Below, one piece after another: positions 23,381-31,918 of a stretch of 32,000 nt of DNA. The notes beneath the pieces were generated by a model that was not told the DNA's origin, did no database searches, and was given only the letters and a program-made list of their open reading frames with translations. This DNA is from Candidatus Saccharimonadota bacterium. GTDB taxonomy: Bacteria; Patescibacteriota; Saccharimonadia; Saccharimonadales; UBA4665. The first letter of the stretch is position 1. Every line of letters starts with the position of its first letter. The position numbers and the translations under genes are program-made. The stretch covers positions 1,140,001 to 1,172,000 of the forward strand of contig CP065016.1 in the NCBI GenBank assembly GCA_016700375.1. Direction: 5' to 3'.

Positions 23381-24425
23381 TGCAGGCGACCAGGACCTTT
23401 TGCTGCCAAAAGGTCCTGGACCTAAAACTAGGCCAGAGGCTCCAACTCTTAGTGTCATAGTTGTTCGTTTTAACAACCGACGCAAGGACTCGTCACTCCG
23501 GCATTGCCACTGGCAATGCACCTCGTTCCTCAAACAACTTGCGTCGCCTGACGGGAGTTGTCAAACCCGACAACATGCCAGCCAGGAGTATTCGCATGGC
23601 CGTCTTAGCTGTATCGCTGACGCGATGATTTCTAAACGGCCTGCGGCCGCATTCATTTCTCGTTAATTGTATTGTCTAATTCGTTGGTGTTTGATTGTTT
23701 TTTGGTAACTTGGGCGTTGATAGTCTGTTGTTAGTTGTTGCATCCAACTTGCACAAGCGTCAAAACGCTTGTGCTATGTATTGACTTTTTTGCAATTTAG
23801 TTCCAATATGTATACATCCTTTGTTGTAAGGACGCACACATATAATTCCATAACCGGACATTCACAGGTCGGAAATCGAGTAAGTAAGGCAGCAGCCTGA
23901 AGGAGGCTGTACTATTTGCACGTTTGCGAACCTATATGATCCTGACTCTCCGCCAGCAAACGATCATTCACAATTTACAAATCAATCAGTCTAGAATGTA
24001 AGTAGCTAAGGACACCCTTGCTCACATCGCTGTTTTAGGGTTAACTAAAGAGAGTTATCCTTTTGCCCTACAACTGGACTTTTATGTCGTTCGCCTGTTG
24101 CTACTGAACCAAATCAAAGCGGATGCAAGATTATGGCATTAGACGCAATATAATTTACATTTAGTTGCTACGAGACACCAAGGCGTAGCGCTGGAGGGTG
24201 ATATGTGCATTAGTTTGAATGACGAAGCGACATGCGTCTAGCTAGTAATATATGGCCAGTATTTATCTCTGCCAGTACGTTTAGCAGGGCTTTAATAGTC
24301 GGGTAGCATCTCAACGCCTGTAAGCCCCTTATTACTCGAAGCATTCTGCACCCTCCTAATCGGCAGGCGTCCATTGCAAGCCCTGGCTCCCATCACATGA
24401 TTATTGCATAAGCAAATTTAAGTTA

Positions 24426-24441
24426 ATAAAAATTTGACAAT
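24426..24441. repeat. Left copy of a 16-bp direct repeat flanking the IS481-like element
   Basis: ATAAAAATTTGACAAT, identical to 25484-25499. Confidence 0.85.
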
Positions 24442-25483
24442 TGTACTAAGCCCCAATTGTCCAGACACTTAGACATGAGTTACTGTTCCTTTCCATACCG
24501 CTTCATAGTGCTCCATTGGCGGCAGGTTATTGCAGCTGCTATGCCGTCTCACGCGATTGTATTCGTTCTGCCATAGTTTCATTGCTTCGTTGAACGCGAC
24601 GACATCAAGCTCGGTCGTTTTGGTGACGTGGTAAAACTCTTCTTCGTCTGTCCGATGGCTCCGCTCGACAAAACCATTATGTTGGGGTGTACCCGGTCGG
24701 GATAGCTTGTGCTCGATGCCCCGGTCGAGCAGGTACTGCGTGAACGGGTGGATACGTCTGAGCTCATGGTCACGCTTTTTGTTACCGCCAGTAGACAAAT
24801 TGGTGAACGTGGAGTGGTTATCTGTCTGGACACATTCCACCGTAATACCAATCGATTCGTAGAACGCCAGGGCTTCACGCACAAAGGCGATTGAGTTGCT
24901 ATTCGACAAGCCATCCTTGACCGCCAGGTACCGGATCTTGCTGACAATGTCTATCGCTGTAAACTGCTGTCTCCGACTCCGTCGTTTATCTTCGTCCGGA
25001 CGAACCGGTGCAGCCTTAGTGTCAATCTGCACTCGGTAGCCTGGATAGGGCGCGTAGAACGGTCTCGTTGGCTTTTTCTTTGGATGTTTCTGGTGCTTTA
25101 CGAGGTCGGCTCGTTCAATAATGCCGCGGACAGCTTTCTCGCCAATGGATATTCCAGAGTCACTCATCTCATCGACGATTCGCTTCGGGCCATAGGATAG
25201 TCCCAGCCTGATTTGTAGCACCAAATCCTCAATGTCTTCATTCGTCTGCCAGGATACCCTGCCTTTTGGTCCAGGCTTCTGCGGGAACAGTTCGATCCGC
25301 CAAGCATAGATAGTATCCCGATGGATCCCAAACATTCGGGCAGCGATTGCCGCGCCTTTCGCATCGGCTTCAGTTAACACTCGTTTACGATAGGCAATAA
25401 CTTGATGTCGGGTTAGGTTCTTCTTCATACACATATGCCCCAATTCTACACACCGAGGTGTCGGAGGGATTGGGGCTTAGTAT
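24442..25483 (-). mobile_element. IS481-family-like insertion sequence (~1.04 kb)
   Basis: Ends TGTACTAAGCCCCAAT... and ...ATTGGGGCTTAGTAT form imperfect inverted repeats that also share TCC-GACAC further in. Single rve-type ORF. 16-bp flanking direct repeat. Confidence 0.8.
24469..25443 (-). CDS. IS481/IS3-like DDE (rve) transposase/integrase
   Basis: N-terminal HTH (FGIHRDTIYAWR). The rve core has RVQIDTK, VQTDNHSTF, NGFVERSHRTDEEEF and YNRVRRHSS. Confidence 0.88.
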   Translation of the reverse strand: MGHMCMKKNLTRHQVIAYRKRVLTEADAKGAAIAARMFGIHRDTIYAWRIELFPQKPGPKGRVSWQTNEDIEDLVLQIRLGLSYGPKRIVDEMSDSGISIGEKAVRGIIERADLVKHQKHPKKKPTRPFYAPYPGYRVQIDTKAAPVRPDEDKRRSRRQQFTAIDIVSKIRYLAVKDGLSNSNSIAFVREALAFYESIGITVECVQTDNHSTFTNLSTGGNKKRDHELRRIHPFTQYLLDRGIEHKLSRPGTPQHNGFVERSHRTDEEEFYHVTKTTELDVVAFNEAMKLWQNEYNRVRRHSSCNNLPPMEHYEAVWKGTVTHV

Positions 25484-25499
25484 ATAAAAATTTGACAAT
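25484..25499. repeat. Right copy of the 16-bp direct repeat flanking the IS481-like element
   Basis: ATAAAAATTTGACAAT; it contains a TTGACA hexamer. Confidence 0.85.
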
Positions 25500-25503
25500 A
25501 AAC

Positions 25504-25532
25504 TTGACATTATATTATTTCAATGATAGAAT
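25504..25532 (+). promoter_or_regulatory. Sigma-70-like promoter (TTGACA-17-TAGAAT) of the 25590 gene
   Basis: Consensus -35 hexamer, 17-nt spacer and a 4/6 match at -10. AAAGGAG RBS before the ATG at 25590. Confidence 0.55.
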
Positions 25533-25589
25533 TACATATTAGGGTTAATGTAGACCGGAACACGGATAGTTCCGAAAGGAGTAAGAAGT

Positions 25590-26855
25590 ATGAGAAATAT
25601 GAACAAAGGGCTAGTGGCAGTCGGCACGGCGGTTGCCATAGGAGTCGGTGGTTGGGGTATATCACGTCAAGCAGGCGCGGAGGCTGATTTAACTGTCGAC
25701 GCGGTTGCTCAGTTAGATTTGACTATTGACCAAGGAGTTGATTGTGTAAAGCTTGTGCAGGAACATGGCCAGCCAATGTATGACGGTCAAGGCCCCAGCA
25801 CGATTGAATCGGGTGGAAAAACGTATGTTCGCTTCCGAGCTGGTGCGGGAGAAGACGGAACTCGAAGGCTCTATCAAGATGGTCCCAACGTTCCACTGCA
25901 AAACAGAACAACAGAAGGTATGCAGGCCAGCATATGCCAAGACCCGCTTGAGGCAGGGATATTCGTTGCAGGTATGCATGACGAGCGACTAAAAATAGGC
26001 GATAAAACGCCGGGGCAAGTAAACGCTGCGTGGATACCAGAAGAACTTCGCACCATGGATGGGGTAAATGATTGGGCGGCTAAAGCGATGACAGATAATG
26101 TCAAAACGCACAACGAGGCTCAAGAGGTAATGGCGCGTGCGGCTGCTATGTTTGGTAAGCTTCACCCAAATGGAGTAACTAAAGACACCACATTGGCAAA
26201 CGCGCATCTTCCTAATGCAGAAGGCGTAAAAGAAGGTTCCTTGCCTGAAGTTGCTTGGAATCATGAACAATATACGGGCTACTTTATAAGTGCAAAATAT
26301 GTTCTAAAGACCGGTAAATGCGCCCTAAACGTCGGTTTCAATGTGGGTAAAGATAAAGTAGATGGCGGCGACCAACGCTTTGCTATACTCCCATGTAAGG
26401 AAGAAACTAAGGCAACGAATCCATCGCCATCAAGCACAAGCACCCCGTCAGAATCTACATCACCAAGCACAAGCACCCCGTCAGAATCTACATCACCAAG
26501 CACAAGCGCATGCAACAACGCCTCAAAACCGCAAGACCCAGAACACACCTATACGCCTGTTATGAGAAATGGCTGCGTCGTAAGATGGGTTATTCAGGGA
26601 TCATCGCTGAATAGTGGCCCTCAGAATCAGGGGATTCAGACAGATCGTGGTGACCAGGGCGGCGCTCAGCAACAAGAGGGTGTAGTCGACACGACACCCG
26701 CCTCGCAGCCAGAGGTTCCCGTGGCTCCTGCTGCTCCCCCTGCGCCTACGAACGGTGGCTACAACGGCGGCTCAACTACACAGCCTGGACAGACGGGAAC
26801 TCCTAACCCCGGTCCGTCACAGCCCCCTGTTCAAGGTGACCCGGGCGGGTTCTAG
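25590..26855 (+). CDS. Secreted protein with a Ser/Thr/Pro repeat linker and a Pro/Gln/Gly-rich C-terminus (hypothetical)
   Basis: Signal peptide MRNMNKGLVAVGTAVAIGVGGWGISRQAGA. An internal STSTPSESTSP repeat. No LPxTG motif. I recognise no homolog. Confidence 0.75.
   Translation: MRNMNKGLVAVGTAVAIGVGGWGISRQAGAEADLTVDAVAQLDLTIDQGVDCVKLVQEHGQPMYDGQGPSTIESGGKTYVRFRAGAGEDGTRRLYQDGPNVPLQNRTTEGMQASICQDPLEAGIFVAGMHDERLKIGDKTPGQVNAAWIPEELRTMDGVNDWAAKAMTDNVKTHNEAQEVMARAAAMFGKLHPNGVTKDTTLANAHLPNAEGVKEGSLPEVAWNHEQYTGYFISAKYVLKTGKCALNVGFNVGKDKVDGGDQRFAILPCKEETKATNPSPSSTSTPSESTSPSTSTPSESTSPSTSACNNASKPQDPEHTYTPVMRNGCVVRWVIQGSSLNSGPQNQGIQTDRGDQGGAQQQEGVVDTTPASQPEVPVAPAAPPAPTNGGYNGGSTTQPGQTGTPNPGPSQPPVQGDPGGF
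26431..26507 (+). repeat. Perfect 33-bp in-frame tandem repeat (2.3 copies)
   Basis: caagcacaagcaccccgtcagaatctacatcac occurs at 26431-26463 and 26464-26496, followed by an 11-bp partial copy. Confidence 0.9.
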
Positions 26856-26897
26856 CGATAGCGTCAAGAACAGTGTCTGTTTTCGATAAGCGAAATA

Positions 26898-27050
26898 TCT
26901 GACCCACATTCACTTCCAAATTGTTAACGTCCCAGATGGCCCGGAACCAGGATAGCTGTTTCTTGAGGTGAGTCCTGCGTGCATCGGGGTGCTCTTTAGC
27001 CGTGCCATAGTCTTTGAGCAATAACCACAATCCACACCTCGACACTGACA
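26898..27050 (-). pseudogene. Truncated remnant of an IS4-family element related to 17571-18737
   Basis: IR-like TCTGACCCACATTCACTTCC at 26898-26917. The minus-strand translation ...LWLLLKDYG...HLKKQLSWFRAIWDV parallels the intact transposase C-terminus WWLLWRYA...HPKKRLSWFKQAWEY. Homology stops at the palindrome at 27059. Confidence 0.6.
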
Positions 27051-27058
27051 ATAGTCTT

Positions 27059-27084
27059 GTCATTCCCGCTTGCGCGGGAATGAC
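27059..27084. repeat. GC-rich palindromic repeat (GTCATTCCCGC-TTGC-GCGGGAATGAC)
   Basis: Perfect 11-bp stem. Same family as 6664-6688. Confidence 0.7.
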
Positions 27085-27128
27085 AACGATGTCAATACGA
27101 AAGTGCTTATGGATATTGTATAATAATA

Positions 27129-27157
27129 TTGACAATAAATAGTGTTTATGATAAAAT
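27129..27157 (+). promoter_or_regulatory. Sigma-70-like promoter (TTGACA-17-TAAAAT) of the 27295 gene
   Basis: Hexamers at 27129-27134 and 27152-27157. It shares the TTGACAATAAA context with the promoter region at 25492-25503. Confidence 0.55.
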
Positions 27158-27294
27158 GGCTAAGAATAAGCTGTGTGAGGTGGAAGTTATGCGGCAAATG
27201 GTTATTTAACAACCGAACAACCGATATGAACTAGAGACATGAGTCAAGAGAATTGAGTCATGAGTAATTTAAGTAAGTTAAGAAGGAGAAAGAT

Positions 27295-29409
27295 ATGAAA
27301 TGGTTTTCTAAACTATTCAGTACCCTCCCAAAGCGTCTTGCAACTGCAACTGCGATAGCACTTGCAGTACTGATACCGGCTACTACTATGGCAGCCGATG
27401 TCAGCATAGAAGGCACTATGGGTGTGGCCAACAAGACTGCTGGCGATACAACGTACAGCAAATCAATAAATGCAAAGTACAACGACGTTGTGAAGGTAGA
27501 AGTCTACTACCACAACCGCGAACTGCCAGATAGTGGCAAAATAGCCCAAAACCTTCGTGTGAAGATCAACATCCCAAGCACGCCAGGTACGGCTCAAACC
27601 CAAACCGCAACCATAAGTGGTGATAATACCAATACGGTAACGGCTACGACTTCAGTAACCCTCGACCGTGCCGATGCCTACCTGCAGTATTTACCAGGGA
27701 GCGCTGTGTGGCGCCACAATACTGGTACTAACGATGCTCCAAACTGGGTCGATACTGTCATTTCTGACGGTGTCGTAACCAGTGGAACCGGTGTAGTATT
27801 GGAAAATGAAAAGCCCTGCTATAACTTTTCGGCTACGGTCACGGTGCTTGCACGCGTGATGGTGCCTGGAGTGAGCGTTGATAAGTATGTACGTGCCAAG
27901 GGTTCAACTGAGTGGGTACGTAGCATGGCTGGTCAGCCCGGTCAGACAGTACAGTACCAGATAGCCTACAAAAACACGGGCAACACTACTCAGTCAGATG
28001 TAGCCTTCCGTGACCAACTACCGGCTGGTGTTACCTACGTGCCTGGTTCAGCCAAACTAAAGAACACTAACTTCCCGAACGGAACTGCCATAAGCGACAG
28101 TATTGTTGCGAGTAATGGGGTTATCGTCGGTACCTACCTACCTGGCGGGGCAGGCTACGTGATGTTTGAAGCAGTACTGCCTACAGTTGACAAACTTGCT
28201 TGTGGTAGCAATCTGCTACGGAACCTAGCCTTTGTACAGCCAAAAGGCATGAACTACTACTACAACACGGCTGACGTGACAGTAAACAAGACCTGCACAA
28301 CGCCAACACCGGTTTACTCCTGCGACGACCTCACGGTCACCAAGGGTGATAACCGTACCGTTACGGCAACAGTGAAATACACCGCCAAAGACGGTGCAAC
28401 ATACAAGAACACCACCCTCGTTTGGGGTGACAGTAAGCAAGATGTCATTACTGGTACAACTGGCACGCATACCTATGCTGCCGACGGTACGTACACAGTG
28501 AAGGCGAACATGCTCTTCAGCGTAAACGGTGTCGATAAAGCTCCAGCTGTAAATGCAGCTTGTAGTAAAACAGTTACCTTTAGTACGACTTCCAAGACGC
28601 CAAGTGTCAAGATTGAGAAGATGGTTGAAAAATCTGTTGTGAATGTGAACGAAGAGTTCAAGTACACAGTCAGGGTTACCAACGATGGCGAGGTTGACCT
28701 TACCAACGTTAAGGTCCATGACACCCCTGCAGATGCTTCAAACATCAAGCTTGTCAGCGCAAACGGCGTCGGTAGCATTAGTGGTAACACATGGAGCTAC
28801 ACAATCCCAAGTCTGAAGGTCGGTGAAAGTAAGAGCTTTACGCTAACCGCAAAGGTTACAGCTTACACCGAAGGAAATCTGGTTAATACGGCGTGCGTGA
28901 ATGCGCCAGAGGTTAACCCAGAGAACCCAGCCAAGGACGACGACTGTTCAAGCGTCCCTGTTACGGTCAAAAAGCCAGTAACACCTGTATACAGCTGTGA
29001 CGCGCTAACCCTGACCGCTGGCGCAAACCGCACCCTGACGGCCAAAGTTGACTACACCGGCAAAGACGGTGCCAAGCTGAAGATGGTCACATACAACTGG
29101 GGTGATGGTGCTACGCCACTTGTTACCGATAAAACAACTGCAACGCATACCTATGGTAGTGACGGCACATTTAGCGTGAGCCTCAAGCTCCTCTTCAGTG
29201 TCAACGGTACTGACAAGTATGCTGCAGAAAACCAGAGCTGTGTGAAATCAGTGACCTTTACAACTCCAACTCCTCCAACGCAAAAGCCAGATAGCCCGCA
29301 GGTTCTTCCTGACACGGGTGCAGGTAGTGTGATTGGGCTGTTCGGACTCGTAAGTGTCCTGAGCGCTCTAGCGTATCGGTTGTTCCTGAGCCGTAAGCCT
29401 GCTCGCTAA
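27295..29409 (+). CDS. LPxTG-anchored surface protein with DUF11-like and PKD-like repeat domains
   Basis: Signal peptide ...ATTMA/AD. DUF11-like modules (YQIAYKNTGNT..., YTVRVTNDGEVDLTNV...YTIPSL). Two Cys-bracketed PKD-like repeats (WGD...THTY..DGTY.V). C-terminal LPDTG + hydrophobic helix + RKPAR. Confidence 0.88.
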   Translation: MKWFSKLFSTLPKRLATATAIALAVLIPATTMAADVSIEGTMGVANKTAGDTTYSKSINAKYNDVVKVEVYYHNRELPDSGKIAQNLRVKINIPSTPGTAQTQTATISGDNTNTVTATTSVTLDRADAYLQYLPGSAVWRHNTGTNDAPNWVDTVISDGVVTSGTGVVLENEKPCYNFSATVTVLARVMVPGVSVDKYVRAKGSTEWVRSMAGQPGQTVQYQIAYKNTGNTTQSDVAFRDQLPAGVTYVPGSAKLKNTNFPNGTAISDSIVASNGVIVGTYLPGGAGYVMFEAVLPTVDKLACGSNLLRNLAFVQPKGMNYYYNTADVTVNKTCTTPTPVYSCDDLTVTKGDNRTVTATVKYTAKDGATYKNTTLVWGDSKQDVITGTTGTHTYAADGTYTVKANMLFSVNGVDKAPAVNAACSKTVTFSTTSKTPSVKIEKMVEKSVVNVNEEFKYTVRVTNDGEVDLTNVKVHDTPADASNIKLVSANGVGSISGNTWSYTIPSLKVGESKSFTLTAKVTAYTEGNLVNTACVNAPEVNPENPAKDDDCSSVPVTVKKPVTPVYSCDALTLTAGANRTLTAKVDYTGKDGAKLKMVTYNWGDGATPLVTDKTTATHTYGSDGTFSVSLKLLFSVNGTDKYAAENQSCVKSVTFTTPTPPTQKPDSPQVLPDTGAGSVIGLFGLVSVLSALAYRLFLSRKPAR

Positions 29410-29457
29410 AAAGCATCATACGCTATAAAAACGACAAGACTGACCGCTCGCAAAAAA

Positions 29458-29491
29458 CCCCGCTCTCCGAAAAAGAGAAGCGGGGTTTTTG
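29458..29491 (+). terminator. Rho-independent terminator
   Basis: CCCCGCTCTCC-gaaaaa-GAGAAGCGGGG followed by TTTTT, and flanked upstream by an A-run. Confidence 0.8.
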
Positions 29492-29632
29492 TGTTAGTAG
29501 GCCGGTCCGTCCCCGTGAAAAGGGTTATCTATGCTGAAATGTATGGGCGCGTGAGTTTTTTAGTGTGTTGCACTTGCGCTCGTCCGATACTTATGGGACA
29601 ATTCCCTCAGAATATCTAACAAAAGGAACCAT

Positions 29633-31480
29633 ATGCGTATCTCGCTACCGCGTATCAAGAGGCAAAAAAAGTTAATAGTAGTTGCACTAGGACTTCTATT
29701 TGTTGCAGTAGGTGCTGGAAACAACATACCAAAAGTCTTCGCTGCAGATTGTGACGCCAATGCCATCATATACTGCGGGTTTACTTCTAATCAAAGTTTT
29801 ATTGACAAAGTGAACCTTAACAACAGCGGCAATGGATTTAATGATCTGCAGACAATCTATGCACATTTCGGCCTCACATCCAGTGCATATGGCACATTTG
29901 TCTCTAATGCGAAAGACGGTACGATGTACCGCGATGGGCGCGTTGTGGTAGGTAGCGACACTATCATGACTGGCGGGCAAAGTCTTGGGCGCCAAAGCAC
30001 TGCCGGTAGCTACGCTTATGCGATTAGCGGTAAAAATTATTATGCTGGTGCACCCTCGGTACGCTGGGCGTCCGGTGTCAACACAATTGGCGTTAAAGTA
30101 CTTTTCGATAGCAATGGTACTCCACTATTTACGGTTATGCCTACTTGTGGTAATCCAGTCTGGGGCAGCAAGGTTGTTTCTGGCGCTACTTGCGGAATGC
30201 TTAATAAATCGCCTGTATCTGGAAAGGTAAACACATACAATTTTACGGCAACCGCTAATGTCAGCGGCCTCGCTAAGATAACAAAGTATGTGTATGACTT
30301 TGGTGATGGAACGCCGATGGTGACCACTACTAGCCCAACACAGATAGTTCCGCATGAATATACAAAGGTCGGCACGTTTACGGCAAAACTTACCGTCTAC
30401 GCATCTGCCCCAGGCGGAACAACCATCACAGCGACAGCAAAAACGTGCGAACAGGTCATTCCGGTTGCCCCACCGCCGGCTCCGAAAGTTACCATCACCA
30501 AGACAGTAAACAAAACAGAGACACTCAAGACAGATACAGGCAAGAATTTTACCTATGAGCTCAATGTTAAAAATACCGGTAATGTTGTTCTAAATAGTGT
30601 TCTAGTTACTGACGAAGCACCAAATGGAGTCAAATTTATCAGTACGAGCCTTGGAACTATTGCGAACAATAAATTGACCTATACCATTCCGAGCCTTGCT
30701 CTCAACCAAACAGTAACTATTACGATCACTGCGAAAGCTGTCATATATACGCCTACGTCCATCGTGAACAAGGCCTGTGTTGATGCACCGAGTACCCCTA
30801 GTACACCTGACGCCTGTGATACAGCATCTGTTACGGTGAATCCTCCACTCTGCGCAAAGCTCGATGGCCCTAGCCCGAACGGTCTAGCCTATACCTTTAT
30901 TGCCACGGGCAGCTTTGGAGAAGGAGTTTCACTAGTGAGCGGAGACTTTGACTTTGGCGACGGCAAGACCCAAAATGGTGTCGCGGCAGCTGGCTCAACC
31001 GTGACTGCTACGCATACCTATGCAGCATCTGGAACCTATAGTGCCGTTGCAACACTTCGTTTTACGTCTGATGGTAAGATGTACACTGCACCTGGCTGCC
31101 GAGCGTCTGTGAAGCCAGAGGCTCCACCAGCCCCCGAATGCAAACCCGGCATCCCCGTTGGCGACATCCGCTGTAACCCTTGTGAGTATGACGCAAGCAT
31201 TCCCAAAGATGACCCTCGCTGTGTTGCCCCTGTTGCAACCCTCCCGAACACGGGTGCCGGTAACATCATTGCCCTTGCTTCAGCGGCACTGGTTGGCGGA
31301 TTCCTCTGGTATAGACACATCCTGTTCCGCAGACACAAACGAGCCTATTTAGCGGCTGACTTTGGTACCTCACCATTACCCCTCGCAGAACCACTCGAAT
31401 CACCAGATCCACTCGCCGCAACGCCACTTGCACCCCAACCCCGTGGACGGTTTAGTATGCGCCGACGGCGTCAGTACTAG
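29633..31480 (+). CDS. LPxTG-type surface protein with PKD-like and DUF11-like domains and an extended post-anchor tail
   Basis: Signal peptide ...KVFA/AD. FGDGT...HEYTKVGTFTAKL and FGDGK...HTYAASGTYSAV (PKD-like). YELNVKNTGNVVLNSV...YTIPSL (DUF11-like). LPNTG + TM + RRHKR, then a further 45 aa. Confidence 0.85.
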   Translation: MRISLPRIKRQKKLIVVALGLLFVAVGAGNNIPKVFAADCDANAIIYCGFTSNQSFIDKVNLNNSGNGFNDLQTIYAHFGLTSSAYGTFVSNAKDGTMYRDGRVVVGSDTIMTGGQSLGRQSTAGSYAYAISGKNYYAGAPSVRWASGVNTIGVKVLFDSNGTPLFTVMPTCGNPVWGSKVVSGATCGMLNKSPVSGKVNTYNFTATANVSGLAKITKYVYDFGDGTPMVTTTSPTQIVPHEYTKVGTFTAKLTVYASAPGGTTITATAKTCEQVIPVAPPPAPKVTITKTVNKTETLKTDTGKNFTYELNVKNTGNVVLNSVLVTDEAPNGVKFISTSLGTIANNKLTYTIPSLALNQTVTITITAKAVIYTPTSIVNKACVDAPSTPSTPDACDTASVTVNPPLCAKLDGPSPNGLAYTFIATGSFGEGVSLVSGDFDFGDGKTQNGVAAAGSTVTATHTYAASGTYSAVATLRFTSDGKMYTAPGCRASVKPEAPPAPECKPGIPVGDIRCNPCEYDASIPKDDPRCVAPVATLPNTGAGNIIALASAALVGGFLWYRHILFRRHKRAYLAADFGTSPLPLAEPLESPDPLAATPLAPQPRGRFSMRRRRQY

Positions 31481-31577
31481 AAGCTGAAGAGGGCCTAGCT
31501 TTTTGGTCGAAAGTGTGCTATACTTCGGTAAATACGTTTCAGGGTAGTAATGACTGACCGCTCTAGACTTGTGTGAT

Positions 31578-31606
31578 GCCCCGCTCATTTATTGGCGGGG
31601 TTTTCA
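31578..31606 (+). terminator. Rho-independent terminator
   Basis: GCCCCGC-tcatttattg-GCGGGG followed by TTTTCATTT. Confidence 0.7.
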
Positions 31607-31691
31607 TTTCGCCCCTGTTATGCTATACTATTTTCGTTGTATTCGTTTACTGAAGGATACTTTCAATATCCAGCTTAAAACGCAGCAATTT

Positions 31692-31766
31692 GGCCTCATC
31701 TTCTAACGGTTAGGAAATCGGGTTTTCATCCCGGCAATCGGAGTTCGATTCTCCGTGAGGTCACCA
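31692..31766 (+). tRNA. tRNA-Glu (anticodon TTC), CCA encoded
   Basis: GGCCTCATCTTCTAACGGTTAGGAAATCGGGTTTTCATCCCGGCAATCGGAGTTCGATTCTCCGTGAGGTCACCA folds as a cloverleaf with anticodon loop TTTTCAT. Confidence 0.92.
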
Positions 31767-31767
31767 A

Positions 31768-31800
31768 GTAAAAACCTCAGCCAAAGGCTGGGGTTTTTAC
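31768..31800 (+). terminator. Hairpin terminator after tRNA-Glu
   Basis: AAAAACCTCAGCC-aaa-GGCTGGGGTTTTT. Confidence 0.7.
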
Positions 31801-31918
31801 TTGGTTTCTTCAGGCTGAAGCGAACTCCGCAGAATGAGCGAAGCGAATGGGGAGTTCGATAATCGAGGACGCGCGCAGGAGCTAAAGCTCCGAGCACGTC
31901 GCAAGAATATAACAGAGT

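Noticed and set aside
26803-27135. 110-aa minus-strand ORF as a genuine gene.
   Set aside because: It overlaps the 3' end of the 25590-26855 gene. Its middle is a transposase C-terminal remnant and its N-terminal part translates a palindromic repeat and the promoter.
28225-29045. Minus-strand ORFs inside the LPxTG gene, and the idea that its two PKD-like repeats are a DGR template/variable pair.
   Set aside because: The antisense ORFs are shadows of a Thr/Val-rich gene. The two repeats are strongly diverged at all bases rather than adenine-specific, and no reverse transcriptase is present in the window.
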